Source of the DNA: Verrucomicrobiia bacterium | Lineage (GTDB): Bacteria; Verrucomicrobiota; Verrucomicrobiia; CAIQCK01 | Assembly (NCBI GenBank): GCA_041667205.1 | Contig: JBAYFL010000009.1 | Location: 106,732 to 170,731 of the forward strand | Reading direction: 5' to 3' | DNA: 64,000 nt | Shown: positions 27,336 to 36,863 of the stretch, piece after piece | Numbering within the stretch: position 1 is the first letter of the stretch | How the letters are laid out: every line of letters starts with the position of its first letter | The notes under the pieces: model-generated | What the model saw: only the letters and a program-made list of their open reading frames with translations | What the model was told of the DNA's origin: nothing | Databases searched by the model: none | Made by a program: the position numbers and the translations under genes

Positions 27336-29909
27336 ATGAAGAAACACTGGTTCACTTTGGTGATCTTTATTGCCTCTGCTCTCAGCATGTCGCTTCACGC
27401 GGCGGAATTGAGAGCAGTTGGGAAGGGCAGGTTCCTGGATAACGGTGTCATGGCGCATCGCGGAAATTCGGGAGACTGTCCTGAGAATACGCTGGCGGCG
27501 TTCCAGAGTGGCATCGCGGCAGGAGCAGACTGGATCGAACTTGACGTGCATCGCACTCGGGACGGCAAGTTGGTGGTGAGCCACGACCGGATCACGTGGC
27601 GTGTCGGCAGCCGGAGTCTCGTCGTGCCAGAGTCCACTTACGAACAGTTGCGGAAGGTGGACGTGGCGGCGGATTTCCGGCGACGGCACGGGAAGTCGCT
27701 GGCGCAATGCCCGCCGCAGCGGATGCCGCTGATGGAAGATGTGCTGCGGCTTGTGATGGCGCAGCATCAGACACGCGCGTCCATTCAGCCGAAGACGAAT
27801 TGTGTGGCCGAAGTGGTGGCGGTGGTGCGGCATCTCGGCGCGGAAGCATGGGTGGGGTTCAACGATGGCAACGTGAACTACATGGCCGAAGCAAAGCGAC
27901 TCGCGCCCACGATTCCTGTGTTCTGGGACCGCGGCGAATCAGACATCGCGGCGGACATTCGCACTGCGAAGCAGCACGGTTTCGAGACGCTGGTGCTGAA
28001 CGAGCGCGCCGTCACACCGCAGAAAGTTGCTCAACTCAAACAGGCGGGCCTCGGCGTCGGCGTGTGGACCGTCAACGACCCGGCTGCGTGGGAACAGTTC
28101 CTCGCGATGGGCGTCGAGCGGATCTATACCGACCATCCGCGCCGGCTGCTTGCGCACAAGGCGGGCCGGGCGTTTCGGGATGCGGCGTGCGAGGGAGGTT
28201 ATAGGTGTCATCTCCAAGGCATCTGCACGGACGGGCGCGGCGTGATTTATTGGAGTTGGACCGACGCGTTGGTGAAGACCGATCTACAGGGGCGTGTGCT
28301 CAAGCGACTGCCGGCGGTCCGTCATTACGGCGACCTGTGTTTCCATGACGGAAAGGTTTTTGTAGCGGTAAACCTCGGCGAGTTCAACAAGCCGACGGGC
28401 AGCGCGGATTCGTGGGTCTATGTCTTTGACGGAGACAGTCTCACTGAATTGGCGCGGCATCCGGTGCGCGAGGTCGTGCACGGCGCGGGCGGCATCGCGT
28501 ATCGTGATAGCCGGTTCATCGTGGTCGGCGGCCTACCGCCGAGCGTGGACCGAAATTACCTCTACGAATACGACGAGCGGTTCAGGTTCCGCAAACGTCA
28601 CGTGTTCGACAGCGGTTACACGTTGATGGGCATCCAGACGGCCGCATGGGCGAATGGCTCGTGGTGGTTTGGCTGCTACGGCAACCCGCGTATGTTGTTG
28701 CGCGCGAACACGGCGTTCCGGCTCACGGGCAAATGGGACTTCGACGCGTCGATGGGCATCGTCGGCTTGCCGGACGGGCGCTTTCTCATTGGTCAGAGCA
28801 CGCCAATCAAAGGCGTCGGGCACAAAGGACGTGTGTTTATTGCTCGCGAGGACAACGAAAAGGGGATGACGCCGGTATTGCCGCGCGTTTCGGAAAGCGC
28901 TGCGCTTGCGGGCGCTGGCCCGCGACCGGTCATCATCGCTCATCGCGGCGCGAGCGGTTATTTGCCAGAGCACACGCTGGAAGCGAAAGCCGGCGCCCAC
29001 GCAATGGGTGCTGACTATCTCGAACAGGATGTCGTGCTGAGCAAAGATGGCGTGCCGGTTGTGTTGCACGACGTGCAGATAGACACAGTCACCGACGTGG
29101 CGCGGCGTTTTCCCGGCCGCAAACGCAAGAACGGACGTTACTACGCGATTGATTTCACGCTGGCGGAACTCAAACAGCTTCGAGTAACCGAGCGGTTCAA
29201 CCCGAAGACTGGCCAGCCGGTCTTCAAGGGCCGATTCCCACTCTGGCAGTCGTCGTTCCAGATTCCCACGCTGGAGGAGGAGTTGCAGTTTATCCAAGGG
29301 CTGAACAAGAGCACCGGCAGGAACGTTGGCATCTACCCGGAGATCAAAGCGCCGGGTTGGCATCGCCAACAGGGGCGGGACATCAGCAGGATCGTTCTTC
29401 AGGTCCTCGACCGCTACGGCTACAAAACCAAGGCCGACAACGTGTGGGTCCAGTGCTTCGAGTTCGACGAAGTAAAGCGCATCCGCCGCGAGCTCGGCTA
29501 CCAAGGCAAGCTCTTGCAACTCTTCGGGAGATACAGCGCGCGCGAGGGAGCCGACGGCAAACCCGAACCTCCAACGGACAACAGTCACCTCCAAACCCGT
29601 CAGGGATTGGAAGAAGTGGCGAAGGTGGCCGACGGCATCGGTCCGGCGTTGAGCCATGTCGTGACCGGCAGGACGAACGGCGTGCTCCAGATCACTGACG
29701 TGGTAAAAAACGCCCACGCCCTGAAGCTCGTCGTGCATCCTTACACTTTGCGAGTCGATGAACTGCCCAAGTATGTCTCGTCATTCGAAGAACTCTGCCG
29801 CATCTTCTTCGTCGAAGCTGGCGTGGACGGTGCGTTCACGGATTTTCCCGACCGCACCAGTGCGTGGAAGCGGTCGTCGTCAGAAAACAACCCAACGGTG
29901 ATCCAATGA
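27336..29909 (+). CDS. secreted protein with two glycerophosphodiester phosphodiesterase (GDPD) domains flanking a central domain
   Basis: Signal MKKHWFTLVIFIASALSMSLHA. GDPD-1 is MAHRGNSGDCPENTLAAFQSGIAAGADWIELDVHRTRDGKLVVSHD. An unassigned region of about 250 aa follows. GDPD-2 (GlpQ-like) is IIAHRGASGYLPEHTLEAKAGAHAMGADYLEQDVVLSKDGVPVVLHD. Confidence 0.75.
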   Translation: MKKHWFTLVIFIASALSMSLHAAELRAVGKGRFLDNGVMAHRGNSGDCPENTLAAFQSGIAAGADWIELDVHRTRDGKLVVSHDRITWRVGSRSLVVPESTYEQLRKVDVAADFRRRHGKSLAQCPPQRMPLMEDVLRLVMAQHQTRASIQPKTNCVAEVVAVVRHLGAEAWVGFNDGNVNYMAEAKRLAPTIPVFWDRGESDIAADIRTAKQHGFETLVLNERAVTPQKVAQLKQAGLGVGVWTVNDPAAWEQFLAMGVERIYTDHPRRLLAHKAGRAFRDAACEGGYRCHLQGICTDGRGVIYWSWTDALVKTDLQGRVLKRLPAVRHYGDLCFHDGKVFVAVNLGEFNKPTGSADSWVYVFDGDSLTELARHPVREVVHGAGGIAYRDSRFIVVGGLPPSVDRNYLYEYDERFRFRKRHVFDSGYTLMGIQTAAWANGSWWFGCYGNPRMLLRANTAFRLTGKWDFDASMGIVGLPDGRFLIGQSTPIKGVGHKGRVFIAREDNEKGMTPVLPRVSESAALAGAGPRPVIIAHRGASGYLPEHTLEAKAGAHAMGADYLEQDVVLSKDGVPVVLHDVQIDTVTDVARRFPGRKRKNGRYYAIDFTLAELKQLRVTERFNPKTGQPVFKGRFPLWQSSFQIPTLEEELQFIQGLNKSTGRNVGIYPEIKAPGWHRQQGRDISRIVLQVLDRYGYKTKADNVWVQCFEFDEVKRIRRELGYQGKLLQLFGRYSAREGADGKPEPPTDNSHLQTRQGLEEVAKVADGIGPALSHVVTGRTNGVLQITDVVKNAHALKLVVHPYTLRVDELPKYVSSFEELCRIFFVEAGVDGAFTDFPDRTSAWKRSSSENNPTVIQ

Positions 29910-31312
29910 AACGATACATAGCCTTCCTGATCTTGCTTTCGGCCATGTTCCTTTGCTTCTCTGGCAGTGGACTGCTCGCGGCCAACGCGAAGAAGCCCAA
30001 CATCCTCCTCGTCACCGCCGATGACCTCGGTCTGCTGCTCTCATGCTACGGCGAGAAGCGCATCGCCACGCCGAAACTCGATGCGCTGGCGGCGAGGGGC
30101 GTGCGGTTCCAGAACGCCTATGTCGCGCAGTCGTCGTGCAGTTCGTCGCGCGCGGCCTTGCTCACGGGACGCTGGCCGCACCAGAACGGCCAGATTGGCC
30201 TTGCGCATCTTGGCTTTCGCATGCAACCCGGACAGCCAACGATGCCGGCGCTGCTGAAGGCGGCGGGCTACCGCACGGGCATCATCGGCAAGCTTCACGT
30301 CGAGCCGGCGGCTGATTTCCCGTTCGATTGGATGCCCAAGGAGAAGACGGCCCCGCTGCCGACGCGCAATGTGCGCTGGGTGGCGGAGCAGAGCCGCGAG
30401 TTCTTCGCTTCGGCGAAGAAGTTGGGTCAACCGTTCTTTTACTACGTAAACTACTTCGACCCGCACGGCCCGCTGAACAAGGAGACAGACCAGGTCGCCG
30501 GCCTGCCGGAGAAACCGCTAACCACCGCCGATATCAAGGAGCCGTTGGCGCTTAACGCGGCAGACGCATCGAAGAACCCCATGGCCACGGCACGACTGCT
30601 GAATACGGTGATGCGGATTGATGCCGGCATGGGCCTATTGCTCGACGAATTGAAAGCAGCGGGTTTAGCCGACAATACGATGGTCATTTTCGTCGGTGAC
30701 AACGGCACGGTCGTGCCGCGCGGCAAAACCACTTGTTACGAAACCGGCGTCCGGGTGCCGATGCTTATGCGCTGGCCTGGAGGCGCCAAGGCTGGCCAGG
30801 TCCGCGCCGAAACCGTCTCGTTGTTGGACCTGATGCCGACGGTGCTGGCGGCTTGCGGCGTTAAGGCGCCCGACAATCTCGTTGGCGCTCAGCTCCAGCC
30901 GTTGCTGCGGGGCGACCCGTGCAAGGATTGGCGCGAGTTCCTGTTCACGGAGATGAACTTCCACGAACCGCAGATCTTCCGCGGCCAGCGCACCGTGCGC
31001 GACCGGCGCTACAAACTGGTGTTGAACCTCGTGACCGTCGCAGACCAGCCGACGGTGGAGTTATTTGATCTACAGAACGACCCCGATGAAAACAAGAACC
31101 TTGCGGACGACCCTGCGCACGCCGACGCGCGAAAGAAACTTGAAGCGGTGATGCAAAGCTGGCGTGAGAAGCGGGCCGACCCGTTGCTCGATCCGGCGCG
31201 TTTGCAGCGATGGAAGGATGTGGCGGCACGTTGGGGCAAGCTCCCACGGGTCAAGACCGGCCCGCACATGGTCGTGCGGATCCCGGAAGGAGAACTGGAG
31301 TTATTGAAGTAG
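29906..31312 (+). CDS. sulfatase with non-canonical CSSSR active-site motif
   Basis: ATGA overlap with the upstream stop. VTADDLG, SSCSSSRAALLTGR (Ser where CxPxR has Pro), GKLHV, VGDNG. Confidence 0.85.
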   Translation: MKRYIAFLILLSAMFLCFSGSGLLAANAKKPNILLVTADDLGLLLSCYGEKRIATPKLDALAARGVRFQNAYVAQSSCSSSRAALLTGRWPHQNGQIGLAHLGFRMQPGQPTMPALLKAAGYRTGIIGKLHVEPAADFPFDWMPKEKTAPLPTRNVRWVAEQSREFFASAKKLGQPFFYYVNYFDPHGPLNKETDQVAGLPEKPLTTADIKEPLALNAADASKNPMATARLLNTVMRIDAGMGLLLDELKAAGLADNTMVIFVGDNGTVVPRGKTTCYETGVRVPMLMRWPGGAKAGQVRAETVSLLDLMPTVLAACGVKAPDNLVGAQLQPLLRGDPCKDWREFLFTEMNFHEPQIFRGQRTVRDRRYKLVLNLVTVADQPTVELFDLQNDPDENKNLADDPAHADARKKLEAVMQSWREKRADPLLDPARLQRWKDVAARWGKLPRVKTGPHMVVRIPEGELELLK

Positions 31313-31321
31313 GAGACTTGA

Positions 31322-33226
31322 ATGAAACACCATCTTGTTTCGATCCTGTTGGTCGCTATGGCTGTTGGCGCGTTCGCAGACGGTCCACGGCAGCCGAATG
31401 TTGTTTTCATCCTCGCCGACGACCTTGGTTGGCGCGACACGTCGCTCTATGGCAGCAAGCTTTACCAGACACCGAACATTGAACGGCTGGCCGCGCGGGG
31501 CATGATGTTCACGCAGGCTTACGCTGCCAGTCCGCTTTGTTCGCCGACGCGCTCCAGTATCATGACCGGTCTTTGGCCCGCACGCATCGGCATCACGACG
31601 CCGTCGTGCCATGTGCAAGAGGAACTGTTTGAGGAGAAGCTCGTGCCCAGCGGTCCGCGAGCCAGCCGTGCGTTGCAGGCCGTCAGCGCCACACGGTTGA
31701 AGCAGGATTACTTCACGCTGGCCGAGGCGCTCAAGGCTGCGGGCTATGTCACCGGACACTTTGGCAAATGGCACCTTGGCCCGGAGCCGTATGATCCGCT
31801 TCATCAGGGTTTCGATGTGGACGTGCCGCACACTTCCGGTCCCGGCCCGGCGGGCGGCTACATTGCGCCGTGGAAGTGGCCGCCGCAGCTCAACTTCCAA
31901 GGCCAGCCCGGCGAGCACATCGAGGATCGCATGGCTGCGGAGGCGGTGAAGTTCCTGCGCGCAAACAAGGACCGCCGGTTCTTCCTGAACTATTGGGCGT
32001 TCTCCGTCCACTCGCCGTGGGACGCGAAGCAGAAGTTGATTGAGAAGTATCTCAAACTTGTTGATCCAAAGAACCCGCAGCACAACCCCCTCTACGCGGC
32101 GATGGTGGAGAGTCTCGACGCCGCCGTCGGCACGTTGCTCAAGACGCTCGATGAGCTGGGGCTGGCGGAAAACACGATCATCGTCTTCTTCTCCGATAAC
32201 GGCGGCGTGACTTTCCCCGCCGCGAACGAAAGCAAGCGGACGCCGTTGCGGCCGGAGTTTGGCAGCATCCCGATCACCAGCAACGCGCCGTTGCGCGGCG
32301 GCAAGGCCACCATCTATGAAGGTGGCACGCGCGAGCCGTGTGTCGTCGTCTGGCCGGGCGTGGCGCGCGCGGGGGCGAAGAGCGATGCGATCATTCAGAG
32401 CGTGGACTTCTACCCGACGCTGTTGGAGATGGCCGGGCTGAAGCCACGTGAGGGACAGACGTTCGATGGCATCAGCTTCGTGCCGGCGTTGCGCGGGCGG
32501 GCGCTCAGCCGCGAGGCGATCTTCTGTCATTTTCCGCACTACGTTCCCGTCGTTAGCACCGTCCCGTCGGCCTACGTCCGCAAAGGCGATTGGAAACTCA
32601 TCCGCAACTTTTGCGACAACGACGACCAGAGCGATCGGCTGGAACTCTATAACCTCGCCGACGATGTTGGCGAAACCAACGACCTCGCCGCGAAGATGCC
32701 GGAAAAGGCGAAGGAGTTGAACGCGTTGCTCGGCAAGTTCCTCGCCGATAGCCACGCCGTCGTGCCAAAACCGAATCCAAACTATCGGCCGTTGCCGCCC
32801 GGCGCTCGGCCCGCTGAGGGCTGGATCGTCAGTAAGGACGCCGACGCGATGATTATGGACAACCTTCTCGCAATCACGTCCACCGGCGGCGATGCGTTTG
32901 TCTATACCGGCGATGTCCCGGCGGGGAAGGGGCCGTTCACGCTGGAACTGCGGATGAAGTCCGACAGCAAAGGCAAGGGCCATCTCCTGTGGTCTGTGGC
33001 TCCGCAGCCGCAGTTCGCGCGCGTCCGCTCCGTGTTCTTCGACGTGAACCACGACGGCCAGTGGCACGACTACACTCTCAAGCTGCCCGTCCAGCAAGCC
33101 ATCAAGCACGTCCGCCTCGACCCGTGCGCCGCGCCCGGCGAGATTCGCGTCGAGTGGTTGCGGCTGAAAGACAACGCCGGAGGTATTGTGGCGGAGTGGA
33201 AGTTCGACGGCAGGAAAGCCAAGTAA
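31322..33226 (+). CDS. sulfatase (Cys-type) with C-terminal extension
   Basis: AGGAG SD at 31311-31315. LADDLGWRD, CSPTRSSIMTGL, GKWHLG, FSDNGG. A C-terminal domain of about 170 aa follows. Confidence 0.9.
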   Translation: MKHHLVSILLVAMAVGAFADGPRQPNVVFILADDLGWRDTSLYGSKLYQTPNIERLAARGMMFTQAYAASPLCSPTRSSIMTGLWPARIGITTPSCHVQEELFEEKLVPSGPRASRALQAVSATRLKQDYFTLAEALKAAGYVTGHFGKWHLGPEPYDPLHQGFDVDVPHTSGPGPAGGYIAPWKWPPQLNFQGQPGEHIEDRMAAEAVKFLRANKDRRFFLNYWAFSVHSPWDAKQKLIEKYLKLVDPKNPQHNPLYAAMVESLDAAVGTLLKTLDELGLAENTIIVFFSDNGGVTFPAANESKRTPLRPEFGSIPITSNAPLRGGKATIYEGGTREPCVVVWPGVARAGAKSDAIIQSVDFYPTLLEMAGLKPREGQTFDGISFVPALRGRALSREAIFCHFPHYVPVVSTVPSAYVRKGDWKLIRNFCDNDDQSDRLELYNLADDVGETNDLAAKMPEKAKELNALLGKFLADSHAVVPKPNPNYRPLPPGARPAEGWIVSKDADAMIMDNLLAITSTGGDAFVYTGDVPAGKGPFTLELRMKSDSKGKGHLLWSVAPQPQFARVRSVFFDVNHDGQWHDYTLKLPVQQAIKHVRLDPCAAPGEIRVEWLRLKDNAGGIVAEWKFDGRKAK

Positions 33227-33333
33227 GACCGGCTGAAGTGGGCGGTGGTTATTTTTGCAAAATTCGCCAGCGTGCGATTGTGCAAGATTTGCGCTGGCCA
33301 TTTCGATAGAGTTGACGCACAAAGACGCGAAGG

Positions 33334-33358
33334 CTGTAGCCGCCTGATGCGGCGACAG
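33334..33358. repeat. single REP-like hairpin (GTAG-headed)
   Basis: CTGTAGCCGC-CTGAT-GCGGCGACAG pairs in 9 of 10 stem positions. It ends 7 nt upstream of ATG 33365. Confidence 0.5.
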
Positions 33359-33364
33359 CGCGAC

Positions 33365-34729
33365 ATGGAAAACCTAACAACCGGAACGGCCATGAACCAG
33401 GACAAGAACTCCCAACACTTCACCTTCCTCACTTCCCGCCGCCAATTCCTCAAGACCTCCGCCACCGTCGTCGCAGGCGCTGCGCTGGCGCGGCCCGGCT
33501 ACGCAGAAAGCAGCGACACGATCAAGATCGCGCTCGTCGGTTGCGGTGGGCGCGGCACGGGCGCCGCGGCGCAGGCGTTGGCCACTAATGGCACGAAGAT
33601 GCTCTGCGCGATGGCCGATGTGTTTGAGCACCGGCTCAACACCAGCTTTAAGACCCTTTCCACGAAACACGACGTGAGCGTGGACGTGCCGCCCGACCGG
33701 CGGTTCATCGGTTTCGACGCCTACAAGAAAGCGATTGACACCGTCGGCAAGGGTGGCGTTGTGCTGCTGACGACGCCGCCGGCGTTCCGGCCGTTGCACG
33801 TGCAGTATGCTGTCGAGAAGGGCGTGCATGTGTTCATGGAGAAGTCGTTCGGTGCGGATGTGCCGGGCGCGTTGCGGATCAAGAAGGCCGGTGAGGAAGC
33901 CACGAGGAAGAATCTCAAGGTGGCGGGCGGTTTGATGAGCCGCCACTACAAGCCGCTGGAGGAGGCGGTGGAGAATATCCACAAAGGCATGATCGGCGAG
34001 GTGATCACGGCGTGGGCGTATCGTGAGCACGGGCCGGTCGGTTATCACCCGCGCAAGCCCGGCGTTACGGAGATGGGGCACCAGATTTCAAACTACAGCG
34101 CCTTCACGTGGCTCAACGGCACGTTCCTTCTGGACTGGCTGATCCACAACCTCGACATTTGCTGCTGGGTCAAAGACGCGTGGCCGGTTTCCTGCCAAGG
34201 CATGGGCGGCCGGCAGGTGCGCACGGACGCGGACCAGCTTTTCGATCACTACGGCGCGGAATACACGTTCCCGGACGGCACGCGGCTCTTCGCGCAAGGG
34301 CGGCATCAGGCGAAGTGCTGGGGTTTCTTTGGCGACATCATTCAGGGCGCGAAAGGCTCGGCGGTCCTCGGCGAGGGGATTTCGCAGCCGCGTATTTTCA
34401 AGGACCACAATCAGACGAACCAGATTTGGGAATACAAAGGCGAGCCGTGCAATCACTATCAGGTGGAGCACGATTTGTTCTTCGACGCCATCCGCAACGA
34501 CAAGCCGTATAACGAAGCGGATCGTTGTGTGAAGGCTACGCTGGTTGGCATCATGGGACGCATGGCGTGTGAGTCCGGGCAGTTGATCAAGTGGGACGAC
34601 ATGCTGGCCTGCACGACGGAGCTCGCGCCGGGGTTGGAGAACTTTACGATGGACGCTAAGCCGCCGGTGGTGCCGGACGAGAAGGGCAACTATCCGGTCG
34701 CCATGCCCGGTCGGACGCTGCCCGCGTGA
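33365..34729 (+). CDS. Gfo/Idh/MocA family oxidoreductase, TAT signal
   Basis: TSRRQFLKTSATVVAGAALARPGYA, IALVGCGGRG, VFMEKSF. The alternative start ATG 33392 is also compatible. Confidence 0.8.
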   Translation: MENLTTGTAMNQDKNSQHFTFLTSRRQFLKTSATVVAGAALARPGYAESSDTIKIALVGCGGRGTGAAAQALATNGTKMLCAMADVFEHRLNTSFKTLSTKHDVSVDVPPDRRFIGFDAYKKAIDTVGKGGVVLLTTPPAFRPLHVQYAVEKGVHVFMEKSFGADVPGALRIKKAGEEATRKNLKVAGGLMSRHYKPLEEAVENIHKGMIGEVITAWAYREHGPVGYHPRKPGVTEMGHQISNYSAFTWLNGTFLLDWLIHNLDICCWVKDAWPVSCQGMGGRQVRTDADQLFDHYGAEYTFPDGTRLFAQGRHQAKCWGFFGDIIQGAKGSAVLGEGISQPRIFKDHNQTNQIWEYKGEPCNHYQVEHDLFFDAIRNDKPYNEADRCVKATLVGIMGRMACESGQLIKWDDMLACTTELAPGLENFTMDAKPPVVPDEKGNYPVAMPGRTLPA

Positions 34730-34761
34730 GCCGTGCGCTGAACGAGCGGTTCTTCTGCGTC

Positions 34762-35688
34762 ATGAAACCGATATCCTGGCTCGCAGCGGCATTGGCGGCA
34801 GTCTGCGCTTTCGCTGGTGGCAGTGTGGCCGCCGAGCCGCTCGCTGTCTCGAAGGACACCACCACGATCAAGTTCAGCCGCGGCACGAAACCGGTGCTCG
34901 AATACCGCTTCGCTTCGGTGCCGTTCAAGCCTTACGTCTCGCAGATGTGGACGCCGGGCGGCGTTCAGGTGTTGCGCGACTCACCGCACGACCACAAGCA
35001 TCACCATGCGCTAATGTTCGCCATTGAGGCCGACAAGGTGGACTTCTGGGGCGAAAGGCCTGTGAACGGCAGGCAACTTTCCACCTCGCTCGACGGACCG
35101 GCAACGGCGGCGGGCGGCGCGCGGTTCGCGCAGCGGCTTGATTGCGTCGCGACCAACGGGACGGTGATCTTGTGTGAGCAGCGCCGGATATTCCTGCACG
35201 ACACGCAGGAGGGCGGTGCGACGCTGTTAACGTGGCGGAGCCGGCTCGCAACCGGGCCGAACCGCGAGGTTGTGATCCTGACGGGTCATCATTACTTCGG
35301 TCTTGGCGCGCGGTTCCTGCAAATGATGGACAAGGTTGGCGAGTTTACCAACGCCAGCGGACAGCCGGGCGAGACGGTTCGCGGCGACGAGCGGCTCGTG
35401 AGTGCGAAGTGGTGCGCCTACAGCGCGCCCGCGGATGGCAAGCCGGTCACGATTGCAATGTTCGACGACCCGAAGAACTCGCGTCATCCGGCGCGGATGT
35501 TCACGATGGGCAAGCCGTTCGCCTATCTCTCGGCGACGTTGAATTTGTGGAAGGAGCCGATGGAGCTGAAGTGCGGCGCGGAACTGGATTTGTGCTACGG
35601 CGTGGCCGTGTGCGACGGCAAGCTTGGCGCAGCCGGCATCGAAAAGCTTTACCAGCGGTGGTTGACTTTGCGCAACGCAAGTAAGTAA
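34762..35688 (+). CDS. PmoA-like (DUF6807-type) secreted protein
   Basis: Signal MKPISWLAAALAAVCAFAGGSVAA. The His-rich block DSPHDHKHHHALMFAIEADKVDFWGE resembles the DUF6807/PmoA-family signature. This family commonly lies next to Gfo/Idh/MocA genes in PVC genomes. Confidence 0.5.
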   Translation: MKPISWLAAALAAVCAFAGGSVAAEPLAVSKDTTTIKFSRGTKPVLEYRFASVPFKPYVSQMWTPGGVQVLRDSPHDHKHHHALMFAIEADKVDFWGERPVNGRQLSTSLDGPATAAGGARFAQRLDCVATNGTVILCEQRRIFLHDTQEGGATLLTWRSRLATGPNREVVILTGHHYFGLGARFLQMMDKVGEFTNASGQPGETVRGDERLVSAKWCAYSAPADGKPVTIAMFDDPKNSRHPARMFTMGKPFAYLSATLNLWKEPMELKCGAELDLCYGVAVCDGKLGAAGIEKLYQRWLTLRNASK

Positions 35689-35711
35689 ACAAACATCAAC
35701 CGGAAAACCTT

Positions 35712-36566
35712 ATGGCGAAGATCAAAATCGGCATCAACATGGAGTTTGTGCGGCACGCGGACAAGTCGTTCGAGTGGGGCGCGAAGAAAGCGGCGGAACT
35801 CGGCTACCGCTACATCGAGCCGTGCTTTCTGATGGGCTGCTGCCTGCTTAGCAACGCCGGCTATTGCCACCTCCAATCGCTCGACACCGACCCGGAATAC
35901 TTCAAGGACTTTTGCCGCGAGCAAAAGCTGAAGATTTCCGGCGTCAGTTCCCACTCCGACCTGCTTGACACGCGCATCGGCGTTGAGTATGCCCGCAAGG
36001 GCATCATGTATGCCCGTGCGCTGGCCGACCGCGGTTTGTTCGATACCGTGCCGGTGGTGCAAATCTGCGAGACAATGTTCCCGCCGAAATGGATGAGGGC
36101 GAAGGAAGCCTATGAGGTGATGAAGATGAACCTCCGCCCGATCATGGAGTGCTGCGAGGACAACGGTGTTTATCTGGGCGTGGAGCCGCACGGGCCTTAC
36201 ACGGCGCACGCGAAGAGCATGTTGCGCATCCTGGAATTGAACGAATCGCCGTGGCTGCGGGTGAACTTCGACACGGGCAACTCCTACCTCGCCGGCGAAG
36301 ACCCGTATGAATTCCTGAAGGCGGTAAAGGATAAGCTGGTTCATCTCCACGCCAAGGACATCAGTGTATCCCAGAGCGACGCCGAGCGCGGCAAGGTAGC
36401 GGGCACGGCCGTTGGCTGCGCGTGCGGCGACGGCGTGATTGACTGGGCGAAGATCGCAAAGATTTGCCGGCCGCTGAAACGCGACCTCGTCTTCTCCGTC
36501 GAGTGCGGCACCGTCGAGCAGGCGGAGCGTTCGCTCAAGCATCTGCAAGGCGTGCTGAAAGCGTGA
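35712..36566 (+). CDS. sugar phosphate isomerase/epimerase (xylose isomerase-like TIM barrel)
   Basis: Length and blocks typical of the family: GYRYIEP, LGVEPHGP, NFDTGNSYLAGEDP, HLHAKD. Confidence 0.7.
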   Translation: MAKIKIGINMEFVRHADKSFEWGAKKAAELGYRYIEPCFLMGCCLLSNAGYCHLQSLDTDPEYFKDFCREQKLKISGVSSHSDLLDTRIGVEYARKGIMYARALADRGLFDTVPVVQICETMFPPKWMRAKEAYEVMKMNLRPIMECCEDNGVYLGVEPHGPYTAHAKSMLRILELNESPWLRVNFDTGNSYLAGEDPYEFLKAVKDKLVHLHAKDISVSQSDAERGKVAGTAVGCACGDGVIDWAKIAKICRPLKRDLVFSVECGTVEQAERSLKHLQGVLKA

Positions 36567-36587
36567 CGAAAGAGTTTACGGCGCAAC

Positions 36588-36863
36588 ATGGATGAAGGTT
36601 CTCAATTCCTTGCCGTGGAGTTGGACCGCTTAATGAAAGTGCCGCTTGGCAACAAGAGCGATGTTGCTGCGTGGTATCAAGATGCCGGGAGAGTGCAGCG
36701 CAGTTTGGTGGAGCGCTTTCCAACTTTGGAGTTTCCACACGAGGTATGGCATTTCTTTGCGGACGCTGACATCCGGGCGCGCGATGCTGAGTATCGTCTG
36801 CGTCAAGAACAGGTGATTGCGGACTACATCAAGAAAGTTCGAGGTGTAAATCATAGTGTCTAA
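36588..36863 (+). CDS. hypothetical small protein (AT-richer)
   Basis: 91-aa ORF with lower GC than its neighbours. Its end overlaps the start of the next gene by 8 nt. No motif recognised. Confidence 0.35.
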   Translation: MDEGSQFLAVELDRLMKVPLGNKSDVAAWYQDAGRVQRSLVERFPTLEFPHEVWHFFADADIRARDAEYRLRQEQVIADYIKKVRGVNHSV

